From: Candidatus Latescibacterota bacterium
GTDB taxonomy: Bacteria; Latescibacterota; UBA2968; UBA8231
Direction of reading: 5' to 3'
NCBI GenBank assembly: GCA_965223905.1
Contig: CBDCXV010000011.1
Span: forward strand, 608,001 to 672,000
DNA: 64,000 nt
The first letter of the stretch is position 1. Each line of letters opens with the position of its first letter. Positions 48,495 to 56,771 of the stretch are shown here, in pieces. The translations under genes and the position numbers were made by a program. Under the pieces are notes generated by a model. It ran no database searches and was not told where the DNA came from. It saw nothing but the letters and a program-made list of their open reading frames with translations.

Positions 48495-49880
48495 TCAGAA
48501 CTCAGGCTCCTGCTCTCTGCGGTACCCAGGAGCGAGGTTCTCGAAGGAGGCGCAGGCGGCGTTCCACATCAGCTCCACCGAGTCGGTGGGCCCGTTGCGC
48601 TGCTTGCCAATGATGATCTCTGCAGTCCCCTCCTGGCTGCCCGCCTCGTCCGATTTGACGTACAGGTCGGGGCGGTAGATGAACATCACGACGTCGGCGT
48701 CCTGCTCGAGCGAGCCGCTCTCCCTCAGGTCGGACAGCTGCGGCCGCCCCCCCGTGCGCGCCTCGGGTGCCCGCGACAGTTGCGACAGGGCGAGCACCGG
48801 TATGTCGAGCTCCTTGGCGAGCCCCTTCAACCCGCGCGAGATCTGCGCCACCTCCTGCTCGCGGCTGTTGACGTTCACGTGGGTTCCCATCAGCTGCAGG
48901 TAGTCTATGACGATCAGGTCGACGCCGTGCTCGCGCTTCAGGCGCCGGGCCTTGGCCCGCGTCTCGAGGATGGTGATGCCCGGGGTATCGTCGACGTAGA
49001 TCGGGGCCTGGGCCAACTTGCCTACCTGCCTCGTCAGGCGGAGCCAGTCGTCGTCGCGCAGGCGGCCGGTTCTCAGCTTGTGCAGATCGACCCGGGTCTC
49101 GAGGCAGAGCAGCCGCTGCGCGACCTGCTGCTTGGACATCTCGAGGCTGAAGATCGCCACCCCGGCCCCGGTCTCGACCGCGGCGTTGCGGGCCATGCCC
49201 AGGGCCAGGGCCGTCTTGCCGACGCTCGGACGCGCCGCGAGGATGACGAGATCCCCCGCCTGCAGGCCGGATGTCAGGTCGTTGAGATCGGAAAAGCCGG
49301 TGTCGACGCCGGAGACCGCGGAGTCGCGGTTGTGGGCCCGCTCAATCTGCTCGTACGTGTCCTCCAGGACCGCCTTGATGCTCTCGAAGCCGCTCGTAAG
49401 CCGCCTTTCCGAGAGGGAGAAGATCCGCTGCTCTGCCCAGTCGAGGAGCTCGTACACCTCGGTCCGGCCCTCGAAGGCCCGGTCGGAAACCAGCGCCGCG
49501 GTTTCGATCAGGGAGCGGCTCAGTCCCCTGTCGAGGACGATGTTTGCGTGGTGAACGATGTTGGCCGCGGTGGCGACCTCGGCCGCCAGGGTCGACAGGT
49601 AGACCAGGCCTCCCACCTCCTCGAGCTCGCCCCGTTTCTTGAGCTCCTCGCTGACGGTGAGCTGGTCGATCCCCTCGCTGCGATCGAAGAGGGAGATCAT
49701 GGCGGAGAAGATCCTGGCGTGGGGATTGTGGTAGAAGCAGCCCTCGTCGAGAATCTCGATGGCGCGCCCGACCGCCCGCTGATCGATCAGCATGGCGCCG
49801 ATGACCGCCTGCTCGACGTCGACGGCCTGCGGCGGCAGGCGGTCGAGGCCGCGGCCGTTCTCCGGCCTCCCCTGGTTCAC
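48495..49880 (-). CDS. dnaB: Replicative DNA helicase
   Basis: PPQAVDVEQAVIGAML, ILAARPSVGKT, FSLEMS, IDYLQLM, LSQLSR, SDLRESGSLEQDAD, KQRNGP. Confidence 0.97.
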   Translation of the reverse strand: MNQGRPENGRGLDRLPPQAVDVEQAVIGAMLIDQRAVGRAIEILDEGCFYHNPHARIFSAMISLFDRSEGIDQLTVSEELKKRGELEEVGGLVYLSTLAAEVATAANIVHHANIVLDRGLSRSLIETAALVSDRAFEGRTEVYELLDWAEQRIFSLSERRLTSGFESIKAVLEDTYEQIERAHNRDSAVSGVDTGFSDLNDLTSGLQAGDLVILAARPSVGKTALALGMARNAAVETGAGVAIFSLEMSKQQVAQRLLCLETRVDLHKLRTGRLRDDDWLRLTRQVGKLAQAPIYVDDTPGITILETRAKARRLKREHGVDLIVIDYLQLMGTHVNVNSREQEVAQISRGLKGLAKELDIPVLALSQLSRAPEARTGGRPQLSDLRESGSLEQDADVVMFIYRPDLYVKSDEAGSQEGTAEIIIGKQRNGPTDSVELMWNAACASFENLAPGYRREQEPEF

Positions 49881-49905
49881 GGCGATTCTCCCCTTTCCGG
49901 AACGG

Positions 49906-50637
49906 TCACAGCTCCACTCCGTCGTACTGGCGCCGGAGCCACTTGATGTCCTCCCACGTCTGCCGTTTGAAACCGGCATTGCGCAGCAGGGCGGCAGGGT
50001 GATAGGTGACGATCACGGGAATCCCCTCGTACTGGTGCAGGGTGCGGCGCAGCTCCCCAAGCGGCGATGTCGTCTTGAGCAGCGCCTGCGAGGCGACGCG
50101 CCCGAGGGCGCAGATGATGCGCGGCTGCACGATCTCTATCTGCCGCTTGAGGTAGGGCTCGCACTGGTCGACCTCCTCGGGCAGGGGATCGCGGTTGTTC
50201 GGAGGCCGGCACTTCAGCACGTTGCAGATGTAGACGTCCTCTCGCCGCAGCCGCATCGCCTCGATGATCCGGGTCAGCAGTCCGCCCGCCTCCCCGACGA
50301 ACGGCAGCCCCTGCCGGTCCTCCTCGGCCCCCGGGGCCTCCCCGACGAACATGATGCCGGCCTCGGGATTCCCCGAGCCGAACACGAAATTCTGCCGCGA
50401 ATGCCCCAGCGGACAGGCGGTGCAGTTGCAGATCTCCGAGTGGAAGGCGTCGAGCACGGCGGCGGCGCCTGCCTGCCCGACTTCCCCTCCCGTCGCTTCC
50501 GGGAGGGGTTCTGCATCTCCCAGGCCGGCGGGGAGAACGAAGTCCGGCCCCTCGAATGCCACGAGGTCGTCGAGGAACCGCGCCGCAAGGCCGAGGGAAT
50601 CGCCGCCGCTGCCAGGGCGCTCTTCTGTCGCTGCCAT
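49906..50637 (-). CDS. Uracil-DNA glycosylase family 4 (Fe-S)
   Basis: [46 protein letters not shown]. Confidence 0.92.
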   Translation of the reverse strand: MAATEERPGSGGDSLGLAARFLDDLVAFEGPDFVLPAGLGDAEPLPEATGGEVGQAGAAAVLDAFHSEICNCTACPLGHSRQNFVFGSGNPEAGIMFVGEAPGAEEDRQGLPFVGEAGGLLTRIIEAMRLRREDVYICNVLKCRPPNNRDPLPEEVDQCEPYLKRQIEIVQPRIICALGRVASQALLKTTSPLGELRRTLHQYEGIPVIVTYHPAALLRNAGFKRQTWEDIKWLRRQYDGVEL

Positions 50638-50699
50638 CGAGATGAAGTTCGGTGTGGGGGTGGTTTCAGGACGGAAAATGAGGGGGGTGCAGCACCCTG

Positions 50700-51938
50700 T
50701 CAACCGGATTTCCGGCGGCGCGCAAGCAGCTCGCGAGCGCGGTCGAGCAGCCGGTCGGCCACCTCCATTTTGCTCATCTTCGGAAGCGCCTCTTCCCTGC
50801 CGTCGGCATCGATCAGGGTTACGACATTGGTGTCGACGGCGAACCCGGCCCCCTCCTCCCGGAGGTTGTTGAGGGCGATGAGGTCGCTCTTCTTGCGGGC
50901 GAGCTTGGCGCGCGCCCGGGCGCTGCCATCCTCTGTCTCCATGGCGAAGGAGACGACCACGCGATTCCCCTTGCTCGCCCCCAGCTCCGCGGCGATGTCC
51001 GGGTTCGGGACCAGCTCCAGGGCGATCCGGCCGGGCGCCCGCTTGATCTTGTCTTCGGAATACCCCGCGGCGCGATAGTCGGCTACGGCCGCGGCCATGA
51101 CGGCGATGTCGGCCTCCCGGAACCACTCCCGGGCCACGTCCAGCATCTCCACGGCGCTGCGCACCTGGGCCACCTGCGCCTTCCCCGGAGGCTGGAGGTC
51201 CGTCGGTCCGCTGATAAGCTTCACCGCGGCGCCCCGGCGGACAGCCCTGGCGGCAACGGCGTAGCCCATCTTTCCGGTCGAGCGGTTGCTGATGAAGCGG
51301 ACCGGATCGAGATCCTCACAGGTAGGTCCCGCGGTGACCAGCACGGTGAGCCCTGCAAGGTCCCCTGACTCGCCCGGCGCCCGTCTCCGGTGCGTCTCCA
51401 GGAAATCCTCCACCTGACCGACTACCGCCTCCGGGCTCGCCATGCGCCCCTTGCCGTGCGCCCCGGAAGCCAGCTCCCCTTCCTCCGGATCGATCCAGCC
51501 GACTCCTTGCTGCCGCAGGAGGCGGGCGTTGCGCTGCACGTGGGGGTTTTCGAGCATCCCCTCTTCCATCGCCGGGGCGAGCAGGACAGGCGCCGCAGCC
51601 GTCAGCAGCACGGAAGAGAGCAGGTCGTCGCCGATGCCGTTGGCCATCTTCCCGATGGTGTTGGCCGTCGCCGGGGCGATCAGCAGCAGCTCCGCCCACT
51701 CACCGAGGCCGACGTGGAGGACGGGGAACTCGTCGCTGCGTTCGAACAGATCGATGTGAACGGCGTGGCGGGTCACGACCTCGAGGGTGGTCGCGGTGAC
51801 GAAACGGGCCGCGGCCGCGGTCATGGCGGCGCGAACCTCGGCCCCGGAGGTGACCAGCAGTCTGGCGATCAGGGGTGTCTTGTAAGCGGCAATGCCGCCG
51901 CTTACCCCGAGAAGGATCCTGCGTCCCTCGAGTCCCAT
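50700..51938 (-). CDS. coaBC: Bifunctional phosphopantothenoylcysteine decarboxylase / phosphopantothenate-cysteine ligase
   Basis: [59 protein letters not shown]. Confidence 0.96.
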   Translation of the reverse strand: MGLEGRRILLGVSGGIAAYKTPLIARLLVTSGAEVRAAMTAAAARFVTATTLEVVTRHAVHIDLFERSDEFPVLHVGLGEWAELLLIAPATANTIGKMANGIGDDLLSSVLLTAAAPVLLAPAMEEGMLENPHVQRNARLLRQQGVGWIDPEEGELASGAHGKGRMASPEAVVGQVEDFLETHRRRAPGESGDLAGLTVLVTAGPTCEDLDPVRFISNRSTGKMGYAVAARAVRRGAAVKLISGPTDLQPPGKAQVAQVRSAVEMLDVAREWFREADIAVMAAAVADYRAAGYSEDKIKRAPGRIALELVPNPDIAAELGASKGNRVVVSFAMETEDGSARARAKLARKKSDLIALNNLREEGAGFAVDTNVVTLIDADGREEALPKMSKMEVADRLLDRARELLARRRKSG

Positions 51939-51942
51939 CGTT

Positions 51943-52500
51943 TCACCCGCTGCCGGGGAGGCGCTGGGCGATGCGGTCGGCCACCTGCCGCGCCGCATCC
52001 TTTCCCGAATCGATAACGAGGTCGTAGATCGACAGATCGCGGATATCGATGCCGTGGTGATCGCGATAGCGGGTCCGCTCCGACTGCTCCCTGTGCACCA
52101 TCTCCTGCAGCGCCTCCTCGACGGACTGGCCGTCGCGGTTGCCGACGCGGTCGGCCCGCACCGCCATGTCGGCGAATATCCACACCTTCAGCGCCGGAAG
52201 CTGCGCCCGCACGACCATCCAGCCGGTGAGGCGGCCTTCGAGTATCATCCCCCCGCAGCGGGTGCGGACCGCCTCGGTCATGCGGGCGTCGAGGCCGCGG
52301 TCGAGTTCGGGATCGCACTCGGCGCGGCGGCAGAAGACGGCCATGGATTCCCCGGCTTCCGCGGCCATCTCCCGGAACGTCCTGCCGGCGTCGAGGTGCC
52401 GCCATCCGGTGCGCCTTCCCAGGAGCTCGCACACGGTGCTGGTGCCGGAGCCGGGAAACCCCCCTATGGTCACGACGTCAATCGCCTTGGTACAGGCCAT
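51943..52500 (-). CDS. cmk: Archaeal-type (d)CMP kinase family protein
   Basis: VTIGGFPGSGTST, AGRTFREMA, ELDRGLD, ILEGRLTGW, KVWIFA...RADRV..RD, RY...GIDIRDLSIYDLVIDS. This is the short archaeal-type Cmk pattern, not Gmk. Confidence 0.8.
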   Translation of the reverse strand: MACTKAIDVVTIGGFPGSGTSTVCELLGRRTGWRHLDAGRTFREMAAEAGESMAVFCRRAECDPELDRGLDARMTEAVRTRCGGMILEGRLTGWMVVRAQLPALKVWIFADMAVRADRVGNRDGQSVEEALQEMVHREQSERTRYRDHHGIDIRDLSIYDLVIDSGKDAARQVADRIAQRLPGSG

Positions 52501-52511
52501 GGTCGCCGCGG

Positions 52512-53405
52512 TCACGCCAGGTTCTGGACCTGCTCCCGCATCCGCTCGATCTCCTCCTTGACCGCCAGCACCTCGTGTACGATCTCCGTTGCAGTCGCCT
52601 TCGAGCCGATGGTGTTGGCCTCCCGGTGCATCTCCTGAAGCAGGAAATTGAGGCGCTTGCCGACGTCGCCGCCGGCCTTCAGGGTTTCCGCGAACTGCCC
52701 GGTGTGGCTGCGGAAGCGCACGAGCTCTTCGGCTACGTCGCTCCGTTCCGCCATCAGCACCACTTCCGTCACGAGGCGGTCCTCGTCGATCGCGCCCGGC
52801 TCGAGCAGGGAGGCCACCTTTTCGCGCAGGCGGGTCAGATGCTTCTCCCTGCAGCCGGCAGCCAGGACCTCCATCTCCCCCTGCCGTTTTTTCAGGGAAT
52901 CGACGCGGGTGCGCAGATCCGCGGCGAGGGCCTGCCCCTCCGTCATCCTCATCTCGTTGCATTCCCGAAGTGCCTCTTCGACGGCCGCCAGCACCAGGGG
53001 TGCAGCACTATCCGCATCGAGTTGGACCGGGTCGTTGCGAAACACGCCCGGCATCCCCGCCACCGATCCGAGGGAAATCGCCGGTTCGATACCCTCGGCC
53101 TCGGCGAGCCGTCTCAACCCGGCGATGTATCGCCTCGCCGCCTCCAGGTCGAGTACCGGTCCGGCGTCGTCGACCCCCGGGGATTCCTCGAGCTCGACGA
53201 GAACCGTCACCTTGCCCCGCGCCAGGACCTCCTGAACGCGCTCGCCGATGGCGCTCTCCATGTCGCGGAGTGGAGCGGGACAGCGAACCTGGACGTCGAG
53301 AAATCGCCCGTTGAGCGAGCGCACCGTCGCCCTAACCGCGGCACCGGGCCCTTCCGCCCTGCCGCTGCCGAAGCCTGTCATGCTGATGATTTTTCCGCAA
53401 CTCAT
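52512..53405 (-). CDS. yicC: YicC/YloC family endoribonuclease
   Basis: ISMTGFG, RSLNGRFLD, RGKV, DVAEELVRFRSH, GKRLNFLLQEMHREANTIGSK, REQVQN. Confidence 0.93.
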   Translation of the reverse strand: MSCGKIISMTGFGSGRAEGPGAAVRATVRSLNGRFLDVQVRCPAPLRDMESAIGERVQEVLARGKVTVLVELEESPGVDDAGPVLDLEAARRYIAGLRRLAEAEGIEPAISLGSVAGMPGVFRNDPVQLDADSAAPLVLAAVEEALRECNEMRMTEGQALAADLRTRVDSLKKRQGEMEVLAAGCREKHLTRLREKVASLLEPGAIDEDRLVTEVVLMAERSDVAEELVRFRSHTGQFAETLKAGGDVGKRLNFLLQEMHREANTIGSKATATEIVHEVLAVKEEIERMREQVQNLA

Positions 53406-53459
53406 GCCATTGACCTCGGTAGAAAACCGGCGCCAGGCCCGCAAACTCCCGGGCCGGGG

Positions 53460-54752
53460 CTAAGGTCCCGAACCTGGGTCCACCTGTACCCGCAACGGTC
53501 TGGAAAACCCTCCGAGAAACGTCCCCCCGGAGCCCTCGATTCCCACTTTCCAGAGGCCCTCGGACCCGGTGATCCAGAGCTGCCGATGACTGGCGTCGAC
53601 ATCGAGATCCCGCCCCTCCCCGACCGGAAGGCTCTCCCAATGTACGCGAAGGGCGCCGTCGCGGCCGAAGGCGGCGACCCCGTTTTCCCCCAGGACCCAG
53701 CAGTCTCCGGTGGCCGCATCGACCTCCAATGCGACCCCGGTTGCGAAGGGAAGCTCGATCTCCACCGCGGGGAAGCCGACCTCCAGTCTCGCAAGGCGGT
53801 TCCCGTCGATCAGCACCCAGGCCTCGGAGGGAAATCGCCGGCCCTGGTCATCCTCTCCTTCCGAGGCGGGTGAGGTGGCGATCGCACCCGGTGAATCCAG
53901 CCCGGTCCAGGCCGCTATCCGAGTGCCGTCGCGGTGGTAGAGCAGCACCCGGGGTTCGACGCTGTCGACGATCCAGCAGGCGTCGAGGGCCGCGGCGAGC
54001 GCCGACGGTTCCTCGAAGTGGGCGTCCACGGCAGTCAGCCGCAGGGAATCGGAGGCCGCGGCGAGATCGGCCCACCAGACGCGGTCCCCCTCCGCTTCGA
54101 TCATCCAGCCGAGACCATCGGCCGCGGCGAACTCCCCCACCCCCTCGATGTCACCGGGGATTTCCTGCAACTCCCCTTCCGGGTCGATCCGGTAGAGTCC
54201 GCCGAATCTCAGGTCGCCGACCCAGCAGGCGCGGTCCTCGCCTGTCACGGCAATCGAAGCGAGGGAGGGAAACCGGCCCTGTGCGAAAACCGAGCTGCGG
54301 CCGTCCGGGGCCAGGCGCCAGACCAACCCACTGCCGGGGTCCCCCACCCAGGCGAACGCGGTCCCGGGAGTGGCGCGTTCGGTCACTCCGGAATCCCGCT
54401 CCCCTTCCCCGGCGATCACGAGGCCGAGCCGGTACTCGTAGACGGTGCCGTTGACGACATCGCGGTCTTCGTAGGAGGTCTGCCCGGAGGCGAGGGCCAC
54501 GGCTGTTTCCCCCGATCCGGCGGTCCGGCGATACATCCGCAGTCCGACCAGATCCTCGAAGTAGGTGAAATCCCAGGTCAGGGTGACCCGCTGGTCGCCT
54601 GCGGTGGCCTCGAGTGCAGTGACCCTGTCGATGGGGTTTTCCACCATCGGGTCGAAGGGGTTGCGGTGCTGGCGGTCGCTGCAGGCCAGAGCGAGCCAGG
54701 CCAGCGCAAGGCATGCCGCAGAGCGCAGGCGCACGGGGGGAATGGCAGTCAC
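53460..54752 (-). CDS. Lipoprotein with fibronectin type III domain and beta-propeller-like repeats
   Basis: Lipobox LALA-C, NPFDP, FN3-like ATAGDQRVTLTW...MYRR...YEDRDVVNGTVYEYRL, followed by repeated C/A-W-V/I-x-D blades. Confidence 0.65.
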   Translation of the reverse strand: MTAIPPVRLRSAACLALAWLALACSDRQHRNPFDPMVENPIDRVTALEATAGDQRVTLTWDFTYFEDLVGLRMYRRTAGSGETAVALASGQTSYEDRDVVNGTVYEYRLGLVIAGEGERDSGVTERATPGTAFAWVGDPGSGLVWRLAPDGRSSVFAQGRFPSLASIAVTGEDRACWVGDLRFGGLYRIDPEGELQEIPGDIEGVGEFAAADGLGWMIEAEGDRVWWADLAAASDSLRLTAVDAHFEEPSALAAALDACWIVDSVEPRVLLYHRDGTRIAAWTGLDSPGAIATSPASEGEDDQGRRFPSEAWVLIDGNRLARLEVGFPAVEIELPFATGVALEVDAATGDCWVLGENGVAAFGRDGALRVHWESLPVGEGRDLDVDASHRQLWITGSEGLWKVGIEGSGGTFLGGFSRPLRVQVDPGSGP

Positions 54753-54754
54753 GT

Positions 54755-55465
54755 TCAGAAAAACAGCAGGTAGACGGACCATACCAGCCCCGCTTCCATT
54801 ACGGCGAAGGCGGCCCCGGCGATGCGGTCGTAGCGCTCCGCCTCTTCGAAGTGGTTCTGCTGGCGCTGCCGACCCGCGGATTTGAGATAGGTTTCGTACG
54901 CGTCGTCCGCCCGGTCCTTGCTGAAGCGGGCGACCGCGGCCGCAGAAACCGTTACCGCGGCGCTGAGGTAGAGGGGCGCCGAAAACCGGGACCGATCCCC
55001 CGGCTCCCGGTCGCCGCCTGATCTGCCCTGATGCCGTGACAGCGGGCTCCGAAGAGCCTGCCCCGGCCCCGGGAACGGCAGCTGCCGGTGCCCATCCCGT
55101 TCTGCATCCGCAATGAACAGGGACGCCAGCGGCGCCTGCGCCGAAACCCTTGACCGATTCCCCTGCTGCCAATCGCCCACGGCTCTGTCCTGCTGCCGGG
55201 ACAGCGGGTTCCCAAGGGCCTGCCCCGGCCCCGAGAACCGCGGCTGCCCATCCTGTTCTGCATGCGCCGGTATCCCGGCTGCGACCAGAGGCGGAGCCCC
55301 TTCATAAAGAAACGGGCCGAGCCGTGAAAACGTCTTGCTCGAGAAGGCCGCCGCAGGCTCGGCCCTGGATTCCCCGGCGAGCGCGGTTCTGTCGAAGGCG
55401 TACCCCGGCAGCGCCGCCAGCTGAATAGCTGCCAGCGCCGAACCGAGCCGGTGCAGGGCGTCCAT
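54755..55465 (-). CDS. Hypothetical exported/membrane protein with internal ~54-aa repeat
   Basis: Signal-like N-terminus; C-terminal TM-DRADDAYETY-TM pattern; co-directional and tightly spaced in the operon. Confidence 0.55.
   Translation of the reverse strand: MDALHRLGSALAAIQLAALPGYAFDRTALAGESRAEPAAAFSSKTFSRLGPFLYEGAPPLVAAGIPAHAEQDGQPRFSGPGQALGNPLSRQQDRAVGDWQQGNRSRVSAQAPLASLFIADAERDGHRQLPFPGPGQALRSPLSRHQGRSGGDREPGDRSRFSAPLYLSAAVTVSAAAVARFSKDRADDAYETYLKSAGRQRQQNHFEEAERYDRIAGAAFAVMEAGLVWSVYLLFF
54977..55266. repeat. Two imperfect direct repeats (~130 bp, period ~162 nt) inside a CDS
   Basis: cgccgaaa..gaccgat..gacagcggg..gcctgccccggcccc..cccatcc.gttctgcat occurs at ~54977-55108 and ~55139-55266. 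Confidence 0.75.
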
Positions 55466-55524
55466 CCGCCGAGGCCGCGGGCCTGCCCCTGCTTCGAAAC
55501 CTCGCTTGTCCCGGAGGCGCACCC

Positions 55525-56649
55525 CTATCTCCTCCCGAAGAGGTAGATTGTTCCCGAGTCGGTCGCCAGGGCGACGGCGTCGCGCACTGCGACCACCGGC
55601 CCGGAGACCGGTCCGTCGAGCCTGAACTTCCACTCGAGATTTCCGGTATCGATGCGCAGGGCGTAGAGGAACTGGTCATTGCCTGCCGCGAACAGGATCC
55701 GCCCGGAAGCGGCCGGGGTGGAGCGGATCGCCGCGCCGGTCTCGAAGCGCCAGGCGATCTCCCCGGTTGCCGCGTCGATCCCGTACAGCTTGCGGTCCGA
55801 GCAGCCGGCAACGACCATCCCTTCCCCTGCCGCCAGCCCGGGCGCGGGAAGGGATGAGAGCGCCGCTTTCCAGAGGAGGTCGCCGGAAGCGCCGGCCAGG
55901 GCGAAGACGTCCCCGGTTGCGGATGCGGCGAACACGCGCCCTTCGGCCACCGCGGGACGCCCGCAGAATCCCGAGCCCAGGGCGCGGGTCCAGCGCTCGC
56001 TGCCGTCGGCGAGCCGCAGGGCGGTGACCGCGCCCTCGCTGTCGCAGATGTAGGCGACGCTGTCGGCAAGCGAAGGGGGAGTGACCCATCTCGCCGCGGG
56101 CTCTCGCGACCACAGCTCGCCGCCGTCGGCCAGGGAGAGCGAAAGCAGCGGCCCGTTCTCCCGCACGATCAGCAGGGTGTCTCCCCGCACTACCGGTGCG
56201 GAGCAGAACCTGCCCGGGCGGCTCCAGACGGTTTCGCCGCTGCGCCTGTCGACGGCGCGCAATGCCGGCTTGCGGCCGAGCTCCCCGAGCAGCAGCAGCT
56301 CAGAAGAGGTCCCGGCGACCGCGGCCGGACCGCAGATAGAGTTGTCGAAGCCCTTCCGGGACAGGGGGAGCCCGCTGCGGCGGTCTAGGACCGCCAGGGT
56401 AGCGGTCTTCGTCAACTGCAGCATCAGCTCCCCGGAGAGCAGGGCCCCTCCGAGGGGAGCGCTGTCTATCTGCTGGCGCCAGCGCAGCCGCAAGGGCGGC
56501 TCCGGACCGTCGCTGCGAAAGGAGGAGCCGCTCGGGGAGCCGCTCTCCTGCAGCCACTGGCTCGCATCTCCGATGGTCGAGGGCAGGAAAAGCAGTTTCG
56601 GCTGGCAGCCCCACAGCGCCAGGAGTGCCGGCAGTCCGGCGGCGCTCAA
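55525..56649 (-). CDS. PQQ-like beta-propeller repeat lipoprotein (BamB-like)
   Basis: Lipobox-like LWG-C; repeated A.D..TG...W blades (AVDRRSGETVW, LADGSERW, IDAATGEIAWRF, IDTGNLEWKF). Start uncertain (TTG 56649). Confidence 0.8.
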   Translation of the reverse strand: MSAAGLPALLALWGCQPKLLFLPSTIGDASQWLQESGSPSGSSFRSDGPEPPLRLRWRQQIDSAPLGGALLSGELMLQLTKTATLAVLDRRSGLPLSRKGFDNSICGPAAVAGTSSELLLLGELGRKPALRAVDRRSGETVWSRPGRFCSAPVVRGDTLLIVRENGPLLSLSLADGGELWSREPAARWVTPPSLADSVAYICDSEGAVTALRLADGSERWTRALGSGFCGRPAVAEGRVFAASATGDVFALAGASGDLLWKAALSSLPAPGLAAGEGMVVAGCSDRKLYGIDAATGEIAWRFETGAAIRSTPAASGRILFAAGNDQFLYALRIDTGNLEWKFRLDGPVSGPVVAVRDAVALATDSGTIYLFGRR

Positions 56650-56652
56650 CTT

Positions 56653-56747
56653 TACAACCCGTAGAAAAAGCCCATCCGGGCAGCGGCCGGCCCCCACGGC
56701 CTCCACGGCCCCGCCTCGCCCGCCGCGCCACCTCACCAACGGGCTGA
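56653..56747. mobile_element. MITE-like repeat, copy 3 (internally deleted, ~95 bp)
   Basis: Left end caacccgtagaaaaagcccatccgggc and right end cgcctcgcccgccgcgccacctcaccaacgggctg match the two ends of copies 1 and 2. Confidence 0.6.
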
Positions 56748-56771
56748 AAAAAAACGCCGGCGTTCCGACGC

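Noticed and set aside
54977-55266. CRISPR array
   Set aside because: Only two long degenerate units inside a CDS, with no short conserved repeats, unique spacers or cas genes.
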